Assembly: GCA_010093815.1 (NCBI GenBank)
Contig: ML996576.1
DNA from: Pseudovirgaria hyperparasitica
Lineage: Eukaryota
DNA length: 64,000 nt
Strand: one strand, 5' to 3'
A model generated the notes under the pieces. It made no database searches and was not told the origin of the DNA. It worked only from the letters and a program-made list of their open reading frames with translations. Position 1 is the stretch's first letter; every line of letters starts with the position of its first letter. Of this stretch, positions 1 to 12,200 are shown in pieces. A program made the translations under genes and the position numbers.

Positions 1-860
1 ACTATTGATCAGATGGGTGTCACCCAGGGCAAAGCTGCTGAGGGCATAAGCTGCACCATGGTCTACGGCCGCCCTCACCCAGTCTACGAGGTAGCTAGCC
101 GCTTATTACGAACCCCCTCCCCCCTCATTGCTAACGAAGTCACAGCCGACCGTCCTTCTTAAGCTATCTCTCAATGGTTCCACGGAGGCCGCAATGGCCG
201 CCTTTGCTCCTCTCTACGCGCTTGCCGACACGTACACACCCAACATCAACACAGGCGAACTTATGCCCGCTGACGAGATCAATGAAGCGAAAGACTCACT
301 CTGCAGCGAGGGCGGTAATCTCCCACGTGCGTACCGCCCTGTGCACTCTGCATCTCTCGAGGCTGTAGACCCTGAGATCATGGGTGCCCTGTACGAGCGC
401 TGGGAGAACTTCACAGCTCAGAACGAGGGAGCCAAACAAACTGTCGTGCGCGTCAACTTCTACGACTACCGGCGTGTGCGGGAAATTCCAGTTGAGGACT
501 CCGCGTTTGCGTGGAGGAAGAATCCTATCAACGTGCTTCAGGTAAGATGCACCCTGTATCTAGACTGCCTTTGACTCACGCTGTTTGTAGTATTGGGCAT
601 ACACCGACGAAAGCATGGAACAGGAGATTCAATCTCTCGGGCAGGAGTTTCGCAATGCTTTGAATGGAGCCCAGTCTCCCAACGTGTGGGTAACTTCATT
701 CCATATTAAAATTGCATAGTCTAACTCCCACAGCGTTATGAGCTTCGCTACCGGCGACGAGAACCCATCGTACGTCTATGGTAAAGGCCTCGACAGGATC
801 CGTGAGGTGAAGAACAAGTGGGACCCACAGGGCGTTTTCTCATACTACAATTCTTGCTAG
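1..860 (+). CDS. FAD-linked oxidoreductase with C-terminal berberine-bridge-enzyme (BBE)-like domain, 3' part only (multi-exon)
   Basis: ORF 128..574 plus downstream exons; last exon reads VMSFATGDENPSYVYGKGLDRIREVKNKWDPQGVFSYYNSC* (BBE-type YG..L.RL..VK.KWDP.GVF signature), TAG at 858-860; GT..AG intron at ~542-590. Confidence 0.75.
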
Positions 861-1425
861 GCCTTTCCAGGCAGTATATATGAGATGTGCATCGAAGACA
901 CATGACTCATGTACTTAAGCCATATGACATCGTCCAATATAGGCTCAAATAACGTAAAATATGACAACTCAACCCAGCTGTGTGCCAAATGGTGATGGAT
1001 CAATCCGTCTTGACATTGATCAAGTCGAAGTTGATCCAGTGAAGTTCACGAATAGACAGTCTTTATCCCACAGTGGTCTGGGTAGCTCGGCAAATGCAGA
1101 GGGCGTGCCCTTCGTGGTTTCAACCTAGTCCCTGTTCACTTTGCTATCTTGGCCGGTATAGCTTGGCAGTCGTTCTCATTGACGTTGTTATCGACGTTTT
1201 TATTGCTTGCGATATCATAATACTAAAGGGTTACCAGCATGTCAATCAATAAGTGTTGCTAGTAAGCCTGATCATTGATATGAGAAAACGCATAGAATGA
1301 CAATGCTCATAAATTGTGATAAGTGATGTTATTCGCGTTGCTTTGACCCTTCTCACGAAGATACTATCATCAATGACATACGTAAGGTCCATAGCATTGT
1401 CAATTTAAAGCACTCGAACCAGCCG

Positions 1426-3365
1426 TCATGTCTTTCGTTGCCGAGTACGCAATAACTGATCCCACTCCTCCACCTCCACCTCCTCAGCGTCATCCCTGTC
1501 GCCCACACGATGAACCTCATGTTGAGTCGAAACAACGTCAATCGGCACTACTGGAATCCCAGCTTCCGGACCGTCACTGATCTTTCTGGGTGGGTACACT
1601 GATATACGCATGTTCGCAAAATGTACCTCCCTTCGCCCAGCAGACCATTCGTGTGCTAGAACATCAGAACCAGACACGTTTTGAATGTTGAAGTGCTTTT
1701 GTTGTCTCACGGCCACTATTTTAGCCCAGCTGAAACCACGGAGCGTGATGTCAAGTGTATCGCCGTCCTGGTGTGATATCGTAATCTTTGTCAAGGGTTC
1801 AGTATCTTCTGAAAGCTTGCTATTCCTGCCTATAATCCGGTTCTGCTTGTTCCAATACACACCGGGGTCGACATATGTAATTGACGAGTTCGGCGGTAGC
1901 CTTCTGAAAAGTATATACTCACTTGAGCGAACCAAGAAACTGGGGCCTGAGGAGATATTGTAATGAGCCAGCGATACATGAAACTTTTGCTGGGTGTATT
2001 CAGACGCTATTTCATCCCGGGTGGTGAGATAGAGATATTCTGATGAGCGTTGAAATATACCAGGACGCGGAGACCAGATGCCAATTGCAAGAAGTGACAA
2101 GTAATTGCTAGAGGCGCGGCAAGGGAGGACCACTCGACTTGAATCTCCACTTGCTCGGTGCTTAGACAGACCTACTGCTCGAGGGAGGGCCAAGTGGAGC
2201 ACCTGTTTGGTCTGGACATACGGCTCGCTTTTTTCACCAAGCTCATCAGTGATGAGTTCTTGGCAGCCTTGGAAGAACTCTGGAATCGAAGCCAATAAGC
2301 CATTGTGTTCTCCGAAGTTCGGTCTGCTCATGCCATGAAAACTCGGTACACTTGTTCTTGGGACCACGATGCCCCAGGCGAAGATCGTAAAGTCATTGGA
2401 AGTCTTCATGATTTCTTCTTGGAGTCTCTGAAACGCCTTTTCGCCCTCTCCGTAAAGGAGTGGCATGTTAACATCAAAAATCCCAAGGAGACAATACGCT
2501 GTGTCTTCAATCCTCGTGGTCTTCCTAGTAGAGGCCCAAGACATGCGTTTCGCAATACTTGCGTCAGACACTTTCCACTCGCTTGTGATGAATTCCTCGT
2601 CAATCCCAGCGAGATGAGAAACCTGATCAACCAACTTGTTGTTGACCAGATTGTCATCTGGCTGGTGTTCAACTCGCTGGTTACCGCCTGACTCATTCTC
2701 GTCTGAATTGTCGTCTTTCAACCTTGTGCCGTCTATCTTGTCGTTGCGTGGCTCGTCAATTTCTGACTCTGCACTTTCTGACGGGACTTCACCGATCAAT
2801 TCATCGTCATCGGACTCATCATCAGCTAGCTCGTCATGGTGCTTTAATGTCCCAAGAGACGCCCAATCTTTGTTGTAAAAGACCAGACGACGAGGTGCCA
2901 GTAGTTCCTGAAGCGTCCATCCTCGCATGAACCAGCGGCTTCGAGGTAAAGGATCCCCTTCCTTCACAGAGACATCTGATAGGTACGCGTAGCATATTTC
3001 TGCCCTTTCATACCATTTGAACATGCTATTGATAGCTTCTGCAAGCTCGGAGCTGCTGGTTTTGTCGATGCTAGAATTTCCATCAGACTCAAGGCTCTCT
3101 CCAATGCACGTTATCACATTGAGACGGGATCTGACCAACAGGTATCGACCCAAGCGTATCCAATGCCATGGTCCCGTGCGATTTCACACGTTCGGTGAAC
3201 TTTTCCAAATCCAAGGAAGCTAGCTTTATGCAAAGGATCTGGGTTTTGCATGTCTTTGAAGGTAAGCTCGCCATCTTCCCATGTGTGTGACAAGATAGCA
3301 TATGCTGGTATTCTGTCATCAAGAAAAGTTTCGAGCTGTAGAGTATCTGTGTTGATAAGCCACAT
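1426..3365 (-). CDS. HET-domain protein (heterokaryon incompatibility, HET-E N-terminal-like), 2 exons
   Basis: Exon 1 MWLINTDTLQLETF...YAILSHTW...YAWVDTC joins over an intron to IDKTSSSELAEAINSMFKWYERAEICYAYLSDV...SRWFMRGWTLQELLAP...RMSWASTRKTTRIEDTAYCLLGIFDVNMPLLYGEGEKAFQRLQEEI, all typical HET motifs. Confidence 0.9.
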
Positions 3366-3663
3366 TGCTACGAGATGTGGAGATATGCAACCAGATAGAA
3401 AGAGCCGAACTGGATCTTGGAAAGGCCCCACAGGGAATGGCTTGCTGGCAAATTTCAGAAGTTTCGAACCATACTTGTAGGCTATATCGCACCAATGATG
3501 TGTGCTCGACTTGGTGGATATGACAGTAACAGAAATTATGATGCCTGCAGGTGCCCCGCAGACACATGACTCCGTAGGATTTTAGAGCCATTCATAGCCT
3601 AATCGAGCATCTAGCCAAGTCGTGTCTTTCTGTAGTCCAATGGCGAAGTCAAGTGACCCATTT

Positions 3664-5275
3664 CTACTCTATCCGAGTCAAAGTCTCTTCCTCCAGTTTC
3701 ATCATGACAATCAATCCAATCGCAAGGGCATAAAATCCTGCTGAGACGAAATATGGTAAACCTAGTGCGATGCCGCCGGTTTCAATGCCATGAACCCACA
3801 AAACAGCCATTAAAGGTGCACCAATAAGGGATCCAGCCGTTTTCGATAGCATCGCCAAGGAGAAAAGCTGTGTCGGAGTGTGTGCATCGGAAGAGCGACT
3901 TGAAGAAGACACGATGCCAGACACACAAGACGCGCGAAGGAGTGAAAACTTGAAAACCGGAAGCGCGGACCCCATGGCATAGATTATAAGGCTGGTTAGA
4001 AGTTGCCAGAAGGCAAAAGAAAGGCCGATGCCAAACGCGCCTATGACCGATATGATGAGGCTTAGGATTGCAGCAACTGAGTTCAGTCCCACTGGCCTAA
4101 AAACATGCGAAGCGAGGTACATGAGAGAAGGAACGAGAGTCGTAAGGAGAAAGAGGTTGAAGATGGACTTAACGGATAGAAGGAAGCCTGCGGCCGTGAA
4201 GGTCCAGCCATATCGAAGGGAAATATATTGGACGAGTAGATACGTGTTGGAACCAGCCACTGCCGTGAGGACGAAGCTACTGAGTAGTAGCCGTATGTTG
4301 ATATGCAAAGGATGGAAGATTAGTTTAAAGATCTCATGAAATTCATGCAATATTGCAAGATGCATAGGCAAGTCCTCGTCCCGTTTCAACGAGGATTGCG
4401 TGGTCTCGGTAGATAGTGCTGGAATCAAGGGATTTGATTCTGATCCTCTGATCGGATGAAGTTGATGAACATAGTCTGGGATATGTTTGATCGTCATAGA
4501 TGCGGAGGCAAGAAGCAGAAGACCTATCCCAAGAGGTAGCCAGACGACAAGTTTCATTGTAGCTGCCGAGGTAGCTGGACCGAGAAGATTGACAACGTAA
4601 CTGATTGAACTGATCCATGCAAGATGTGTTGCTCTAAATTACAGTCAGCGAGTGATCGCAGACCTAGGAGGGTATCCATGCCTCTGGGTATTGTCATCGG
4701 ACATGTTCGCTGTAAGTGTATATATGATCGTTTCAAAAACGCATGCTCCACCAAACACTGACAAGAACGGAGCAGCGATGATTGATGTCGTCGGGACGAC
4801 TCTGTCAAAGTAATTGAACAAGGCTGGCCAAAGAAGAAGGCAAGCGCGCGGTATCAGATTGATATATAGCACCAATTTTGCGCCGTAGCGAGCAGCCACG
4901 AAGCTCATCGGGATCGTTACTAAAAAGTCTAACAACACGTTACTTCCGGCTAAAGATAAGAGAGCCCGGATATATCTCACCTCCAATAGTCCAAGTAGTC
5001 TCCATTATACCCTGTAAAGTTGCTAGTCTCGACTGTATCTGGCTGATTTTACACATAGATTCATCAATTGTGCCGTCTGCCTGAACGTGACTTGGATCGT
5101 ACTCCTGGTAGTATTCGCGACATAATCTTTGCTCGATGATCTTATTGAGTGGTAGCGTGTAGAGGCCTTGTGCGAAATTAACAAAGAGCAGGAGAACTAG
5201 TAGAGCTTTCAGTGGTCGTTGCGCGTTGCCCTTCCTTTCTCGGACTGTACCCATTCCGGGTGCACTGGAAGACAT
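3664..5275 (-). CDS. MFS transporter, UstT/SLC46-like efflux pump, 3 exons
   Basis: ORFs 4940..5275, 4645..4986 and 3664..4557 splice into one hydrophobic multi-TM protein (introns 4929-4980 and 4634-4681); luminal loop LCREYY..DPS...DGTIDESMCK...IQSRLA is typical of this family. Confidence 0.8.
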
Positions 5276-5906
5276 AGCTCCTTAGCTCCATCAAACGCAG
5301 ATTGGCTTCTGTATACGTGTTTAGAGAGAGTATATCTTGCTTTCATTCATCATGGTGTAGGATTCACTGGCGGTCGGATGAAAGATGTCTTTTCAAAGCC
5401 GGAGTCTGACGTGCAAGATATCCTGAGATCGGGTATGCATTACTGCCTCAGGCATCATGACTGATACAGTAGATCGCAACCTCGGACGCAGTGGGTACTA
5501 TTACCATGTCAGCAACCAACGAGTGCCCTTAGTACATCGAAAGTCAGACATTATGACGTATTGATACAAAATGACTACGAATACAGCTGGCTCTGAGAAC
5601 GTCGATCCTGGTGCTGTGCTGAATATCTATTCAACGTGGATCATAATTTATGTGTGAAACAAACAAATCAGTGTATAGAGTTCATAATCGTGTTGAATAT
5701 TCATAATAGCTTGAGTTAAATGACATGATTCGTTATGTCGTAGCATCGCAAAATGCGGTGCATACATGTAGGATATCGTAGGAAAGGAAACGCAACACAA
5801 TGCTGAAAGACAAAAACACGTCAACAAACAACTGCAATCAAAGAAAGAAAACACATCTTAACAACATAGAAAACCTCTGTATCCCGTCCTTTTCTTGTAC
5901 AAGTTT

Positions 5907-7028
5907 TTACGCAGTAGTGGTTGGTGTCGCAACATCGGAGAGCGAAGTTTCCGCAGCAGACACCGCGCTGCTAGTAACCGAGACCGCAGCTGATTCACTA
6001 GTCGCAGCGACGCTGGTGGCATCAGAGGTTGCCAGGGGAGTTGATGTATCCGCAGTCAATGGCATAGACGCCGTAGTCAGAGCGTCTGATGCTAGCGAGC
6101 TGTCTGTGGCGACTGCAGACAAGGTCGATGTAAGCGCCGCGACAGTCGAAGTTGCATTGTCCTGGCGTCTGTAGAGATTACCAGTGCCAATGAAAGTAAG
6201 AGAAGCAGACGAAAGAGTCAGCCCAGAGATTGGGAGAGAAGTAAGACTCGTTAAAGTTGGTACGTCGACTTGACGTCTCATATCCAGTGCAGATGTCAGG
6301 TTGGTTGCAGGCGTCGGGAGGGGATCCAGAGTGGTGAGACTCAAAGATGGTAGAGACACTGTTGTCAAGATGCTTGTGGGCAGATCGACCTGTCTCTTGG
6401 CTTCAACACTGGTTACTGAATTGCTGGCTGGTAGGAGTGTTGTTGGTAAATCGCTAGGTAAGGATAGTGATGGTAGTATGCTTGTAGGAAGATCGACCTG
6501 TCTCTTGGCTCCTACGCCGGTTGCCGAGTCGCTGATTGCAAGTATTGTCGTTGGTAGGTCGCTGGGTAAGGACAGGGATGGTAATATGCTCGTAGGAAGA
6601 TCGACCTGTCTCTTGGCTCCAACACCGGTTACTGAGTTGCTGGCTGGGAGGAGTGTTGTTGGCAAGTCGCTGGGTAAGGATAGCGATGGTAATATGCTCG
6701 TAGGGAGATCGACCTGTCTCTTTGCTCCCACATTGGATGCCGACTCGCTCAGTGGAAGAAGAGTTGGGACGTTGCTGGGCAAGGACAAACTCGGCAGAAC
6801 AATAGTAAGCTGGCGCTTACCAAAGACCTCGTCGTTCGTCCGACGGGGAAGTGGGAACGCAGTTGGAGAACCAGAGAATTGTGTTCCCGTCAGATCAGAG
6901 GGAAAGCTTGACAAGACTGAAGATGGAATGTCGCCCTGACGCTTTCCGTGTACATGCCCATGCAGGTGATGAGGAATTGCTGTAGCAATTCCAGAGCACA
7001 GAGTGATGAACAAGATTGATGAATGCAT
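5907..7028 (-). CDS. Secreted Kex2-processed repeat protein (KEP), Ser/Thr/Pro/Leu-rich
   Basis: Signal peptide MHSSILFITLCSGIATA; 6x KR-Q and 2x RR-Q sites; 36-aa repeats QVDLPTSILPSLSLPSDLPTTLLPASNSVTGVGAKR; single 373-aa ORF. Confidence 0.85.
   Translation of the reverse strand: MHSSILFITLCSGIATAIPHHLHGHVHGKRQGDIPSSVLSSFPSDLTGTQFSGSPTAFPLPRRTNDEVFGKRQLTIVLPSLSLPSNVPTLLPLSESASNVGAKRQVDLPTSILPSLSLPSDLPTTLLPASNSVTGVGAKRQVDLPTSILPSLSLPSDLPTTILAISDSATGVGAKRQVDLPTSILPSLSLPSDLPTTLLPASNSVTSVEAKRQVDLPTSILTTVSLPSLSLTTLDPLPTPATNLTSALDMRRQVDVPTLTSLTSLPISGLTLSSASLTFIGTGNLYRRQDNATSTVAALTSTLSAVATDSSLASDALTTASMPLTADTSTPLATSDATSVAATSESAAVSVTSSAVSAAETSLSDVATPTTTA
6393..6716 (-). repeat. 108-bp coding tandem repeat (3 full copies plus degenerate flanking copies)
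   Basis: gatcgacctgtctc recurs at 108-nt spacing (6383, 6491, 6599, 6707) with synonymous variation between copies. Confidence 0.9.
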
Positions 7029-8519
7029 CCTGGAGAAGTGCTTCTTTGTCAGGCTTAGAGGATTGCGAGAAATATGATTGTAAGATGAGGTTGTCAGATG
7101 TGCTTGTAAGGTTCAGAAGTTGATACCTATCATTGTTTGGTGGCATGCCCTTCTTATATCTGGTAGATGTTTACATGACTTACTCGCGATCATCACGATG
7201 GCAACAACAATAGTATCAAGCGTGGTGGTCAAAATGCACAATGATGTCGACGTACATGAAGAGGTTGGGGAGTCCGTCTTCAGAATATACTCTCCTTGGG
7301 CCGATTCCCCAGGTTGTGCTTCGTTTGTGTGTACAGCCATTTCTCAAATGACCATAGTATACACGTGGGTTATGGGAATTTGGGGTTGCATCTTGGATGT
7401 AGAATACTGCGTGGCTGACGTGTTGTGGCGGAGAATATGCAAGTAACATGTGAATCGAAGATGATTGCCGGTATCTGTAGCGCACGTAGGAATACAAAAC
7501 GTTCCGACAGACGAGGCGAAAATGGTGGAAGTTGTGGTGGCTGGTATCATAACAGCTCTAGTCGGATAAATCGTTCGGGGAGTTCACAATCTCCCATCGC
7601 GATGTATTTTCCAGCCACCGTTTTTTAGTTGACAGACAGACTGTCTTGAGAATACCCAGTTTCAAGTCGAAACTCACTGCGGACTCATCTTGAGGTCTGT
7701 TGATGACTTTTGAACCAGTTCCTAGCACCATAAACCACGTCGGGGCGAGCTCGTGTCAGGTTATGTTGCAATGATATTCTGAGCTGCTGATACGCGGGAT
7801 TCTTTGGGCATTGAAGTGATGGTTACCGTACTTTCACCTCACATCTCTCACCCTGTTCGATATCTCTTCAAGTATCAACGATCTCGGAACTAGACGTTCT
7901 CGTTCAAGCACGACAGCGCAACCTTTATTTCAAATCCAGAAGTACTTCTTCGAGTTTATCGGTGCCTATCTGGACAAAGAGACGCAATGCCATCAGCTAC
8001 AACGGCTATCGTTCAGAGCCATTGAACGCGTAACCTTTCCTATATGAATTCCTCTGTGTTTTATATAGCATAGCACTTGTCCATGCACAAAGACGAATAC
8101 AGTCTCTTAGCTTCAAAGAGGCTCTCATCGATGGGAACCTGCGGCTCCGTGACTCCGCTGCTCTGAGTGGCACGCAGACACGGTCGGCTGGGACACGGCG
8201 CGGGTGCTCGACGCAACCTTGGAGTGATCGGTTTAAGACGACAGATTCATCACGAAGCATAATGATATCAAGAGGTCTCTCAATTGAGGCGCTGGTCCCG
8301 GGTCAGAGATGATATAACACTACGCTCACATGTTTGATGCCATCACTATCTTGAACGTCGCTCGGAGGTGATGCGGCGAGGACTAATTAGTCCTAGCGCA
8401 CTGACCACTTGAGGTTTCAACCTCATCCATCACGGTATTGTATAAATCTCAATTACCTACCATCTCCAACCAACAAACCACCCATAGAGCTTCCATCTCC
8501 GTGGACACAACCCATCATC

Positions 8520-8827
8520 ATGTTGTCCATTCGCACCTCGCTCTTTCGTACGCTCACGCGCCAGACGCCTTTCCTCCCAATGTTCCGTGCGCAAACCGCC
8601 CAGCCGCTCCTCTCCTCCTCCACGCTACTCTCAAACACACAAGTACGAGGCATGAAAGTTCGCACATCAGTCAAGAAATTCTGCGATGGATGCAGGAGTG
8701 TGAGGAGAAAGGGCGGCCGATATGTGTACATCATCTGCAGTAAGAACCCGAAGCATAAGCAAAGGTATGACTATGTCAAGAATGAGCCACGCGGACTGGA
8801 GCTGATATGTGTGACAGGCAAGGATAG
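8520..8827 (+). CDS. RTC6: Mitochondrial ribosomal protein bL36m
   Basis: Arg/Ser/Leu-rich presequence then [42 protein letters not shown]; intron 8765-8817 restores the canonical KHKQRQG end. Confidence 0.92.
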
Positions 8828-9290
8828 ACGATGGTAGCGAAGTGACGTGTTGATCAGATATCCGATCGTTGCAAGCAGAGACTGCATTTGGCTGCTGAGG
8901 AAGAGCATCAGTATGGGCGCTGCAACCTATGTAGACGGTGTCCTCGGAATTGCACTGAAGCCCGAGGACGACTTCACAATCCTCGAGATTTACAATATGT
9001 GACCAGAGGTCTCTCTTCTCACGTTCATTAGCGCATCATATAGAGGATTCAATGTAACATTACTACTGGAATTTGTTGGTCGTGTGAACTCCTCTCGAAC
9101 TCACAGCACAGCGAACCTTTGAAGCAATGCAAGGCATCAGTGAGTTGTTCTAGTCAGTACTCCAACACAAACCAATCTAGCGACGCATATTTGCCCGGTA
9201 GTAGAGTACAATCATATGTATTGATTCCTATTCAAAAGTGCTTGAGGGTAGATCGATTCCCAAAAGGCACAAATGAGACATGGTATATCT

Positions 9291-12200
9291 CTACTTTTTT
9301 CTCTCCGACAACATCTCCTTGATCAGATCCTTCTCACCACTCTCCTCTACCATGCTAGCAAAGGCGCCTTTGCCTCCATCTTTTTGCATTAGCACTTCTG
9401 GTCTATCATACTCTAGAATCTTGCCATCTCCCAGGACACAGACGCGGTCAAAATCAGCTATGGTTGATAGTCGATGAGCAATCACGAGCAGAGTGCTATC
9501 GCTAAATTGCTCGCGGACACTCTGTTGAATGAGCGTGTCAGTCGCTTTATCAACGGCAGACGTCGCCTCATCCAAGATAAGGATCTTCGGTCTATGTAAG
9601 ATAGCTCGGGCGAGACACAGGAGTTGTCGTTGGCCCTGGGAGAGATTCGAGCCTGACTCTGCAATCGTGGTGGAGAGTGATGCGAAGGGATTCGTGTTAG
9701 CTGTTGAGACTGTCGGCTCAGTTGGTCCAGACGTCGTCGGCGGTGTACTGGACCCAGAGTCATTTCCTTTGATGAGATGGACCCGTTCGAGTGCTTCTCG
9801 CAAGGCATCGTCACTATGCTCGCTGAACGGATCCAAGTTCGAGCGGACAGTTCCAGAGAATAACACCGGGTCCTGTGGTATGATGGCTAGCCGGCTTCGG
9901 AGATCCTTCAGTCGCATAGTCGCAATGTCAATACCGTCAATGACAATGCGGCCCTCTCGTGCAGCCAGAAAACGGAAAAGGGCAAGCGCCATAGATGACT
10001 TGCCAGCACCAGTCCTTCCGACGATGGCGCATCTTTCGTTAGGCTCTATTCCCAGCGTAATACCGCGCAGAACAGGTGGTAGATCTTCCGCGTATCCAAC
10101 TACAAGATTGTCAATTTCAAGCCGCCCTTTGCTAGGCCAAGCAGCCGGAGCTGGCTTTCCACCCTGGTCTTCGATCTCAGTCTCAGTGTATTCCTGTATC
10201 CGCTCGACGGAGTTCATGGCCATCTCCGTGATACCAAATTGTCGCAACAGCCAGTAAATCGCGTCGGTGTACTGCAGGGCAAAGCTGAGGGCAAATCCTG
10301 CTAATGAAGGATCGAAATCCTTTATGCTAGTCACAATGACAGCTATGATTACGGCAAATATGGCGCCGATCAAACCCAACCTTATCGAGAGCCACCTATT
10401 CATCCCAGCTATGTAGTAGCTCGTAGCACCATAGACATCAATCTTAGCAAACATGTTTGTCTTATAGATATCCTGCTTCTTGAATGCTCGAATGGTTCCG
10501 AGTCCAGTTAGTGTCGTACCAAGGATCTCGAAAATGGGGCTCTTTGCAATACTCTCAAGTCGTTTCATCTCGCGGGTACCGTCCAAGTAGTAGAGAGAGT
10601 ATCTCAAGGAAATAGCAATGAGAAGGAACGAAAACACCACAACGTATGGCGAAACAAGAATGCTAGAGATGATGTTAGGATAGCCGACGAGTTTGAAATC
10701 TATAGCTTACCCGGCCACAATGATCCCCAAGATGACAAGTGTTTGATCAAAGACGGTACACATTGTCCAGCAGAGCTCACTGTCGACGATGGTAAAGTCT
10801 GATGTAAAGCGGTTCAAGATTCTGCCCAGAGGCATTGTGTCCCACCATCTCAACTTGGCGCGTAGAACTCGGTAAGTGAGATCCTCGTATAGCTTTTGAC
10901 TGGCACGAATTGATCCAGTGAACATGAAAATTGACCTTCCAATTCCAGCGATCAAGAGCAGACATGCAAAGCCAAAGTAAATGCCAAGGTAGTACTTAAG
11001 GTTTGCGTCAACTTCTCGTATACGCATCGTCTGATTCGAAGTTCCCGCGATCATGAGCTGTTGTTGATGAGAAATATGGTATGCTTTTGGTACTTGCTCT
11101 GTCTCGTAACTCTGAGTCCAGAGTTTGACCCACCACGACTACATGAAATGTTAGCAAGTCAACCCTTTGAAGCTTCATTCGGTATAATCTGACCTGACCG
11201 AGTCTTAAAACTTCCAGGGCTATCAGAACACCAGCATAGCCCGCCCAGAACCAGAGGTAACCACTTGCTTTCCAATAGCGCACATATATGTTGAAGGCAA
11301 TGCGCCCAATCTGCCTTGATTCGTCTTCAACAAATTTTTTCGGTACTTGTGTTGTTTTGCCGCTGTTATCCTCGTCCATGAGTCCGTTGGGCCGGATGGA
11401 GTTGGAGGATTTCCGCGCCGATGATCGACGACGATTCACAGTGTGGTTGTGCGAGGTATTAATTGACTGATACCCAGCTTCTCTATGCATGATCCCTGTC
11501 CCTTCGTTGTCGCCCTCGGCGACGACTATCGGTACGATCTCTTCGGCTTCTTCCACTGCTTCCTCGTGCACCTTGTCTTCTTCCAAGAGAATCGATTGTA
11601 GCGCGCCTGTTCGTTTAAGATGTTCAATGCTGCCAGAATACTCAACTTGGCCATTACTTAGATGCACGGCGTACTTTGCTGAGCCAACGACAAGAGAGAC
11701 GTGATGCGTGGCCAGTATTCTAGTTCTTCCAGCACCGATCTTGCCACACAATGCATTCGCAAATATGTGACGGCCAACGTGAGCATCAACGGCGCTGAAG
11801 ATGTCGTCCATGATCAGAACACCTGCTCTTGAGTACAACGCTCTTGCCAGTGTGATTCGCCATTTCTGTCCGCCAGAGACATTCACTCCATTGGCACCAA
11901 TCTCTGTCTCATCCCCATCACTCAGTATCTTGCGATCCTGAGTCAACGCACACGCATCGACAACGCTTTCGTATCTTTCTTTGTCAAAAGGCAGTCTGAA
12001 GAGGATGTTCTCCTTGAAGGTCCCGTTCTCAATCCATGGCTGTTGACTAACGAATGCAAGTGTTCCAGGCTGTATCCAGTTTGTCTGATTCAGTATTTCA
12101 TTGTCGTTACAGTCCCCTGGTGTACCCTTAGGAACAGTGATGGCTCCCGAGATTAGGTCCGCTTCACCAAGTATCGCAGCCAACATTAAGCTCTTTCCAC

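Noticed and set aside
6301..6939. 212-aa plus-strand ORF with repeats
   Set aside because: Antisense shadow of the KEP repeat gene.
7113..8260. Short ORFs between the KEP gene and bL36m
   Set aside because: No recognisable motifs or consistent splice model; possibly a decayed gene but unsupported. No DUF3328 HxxHC motif seen.
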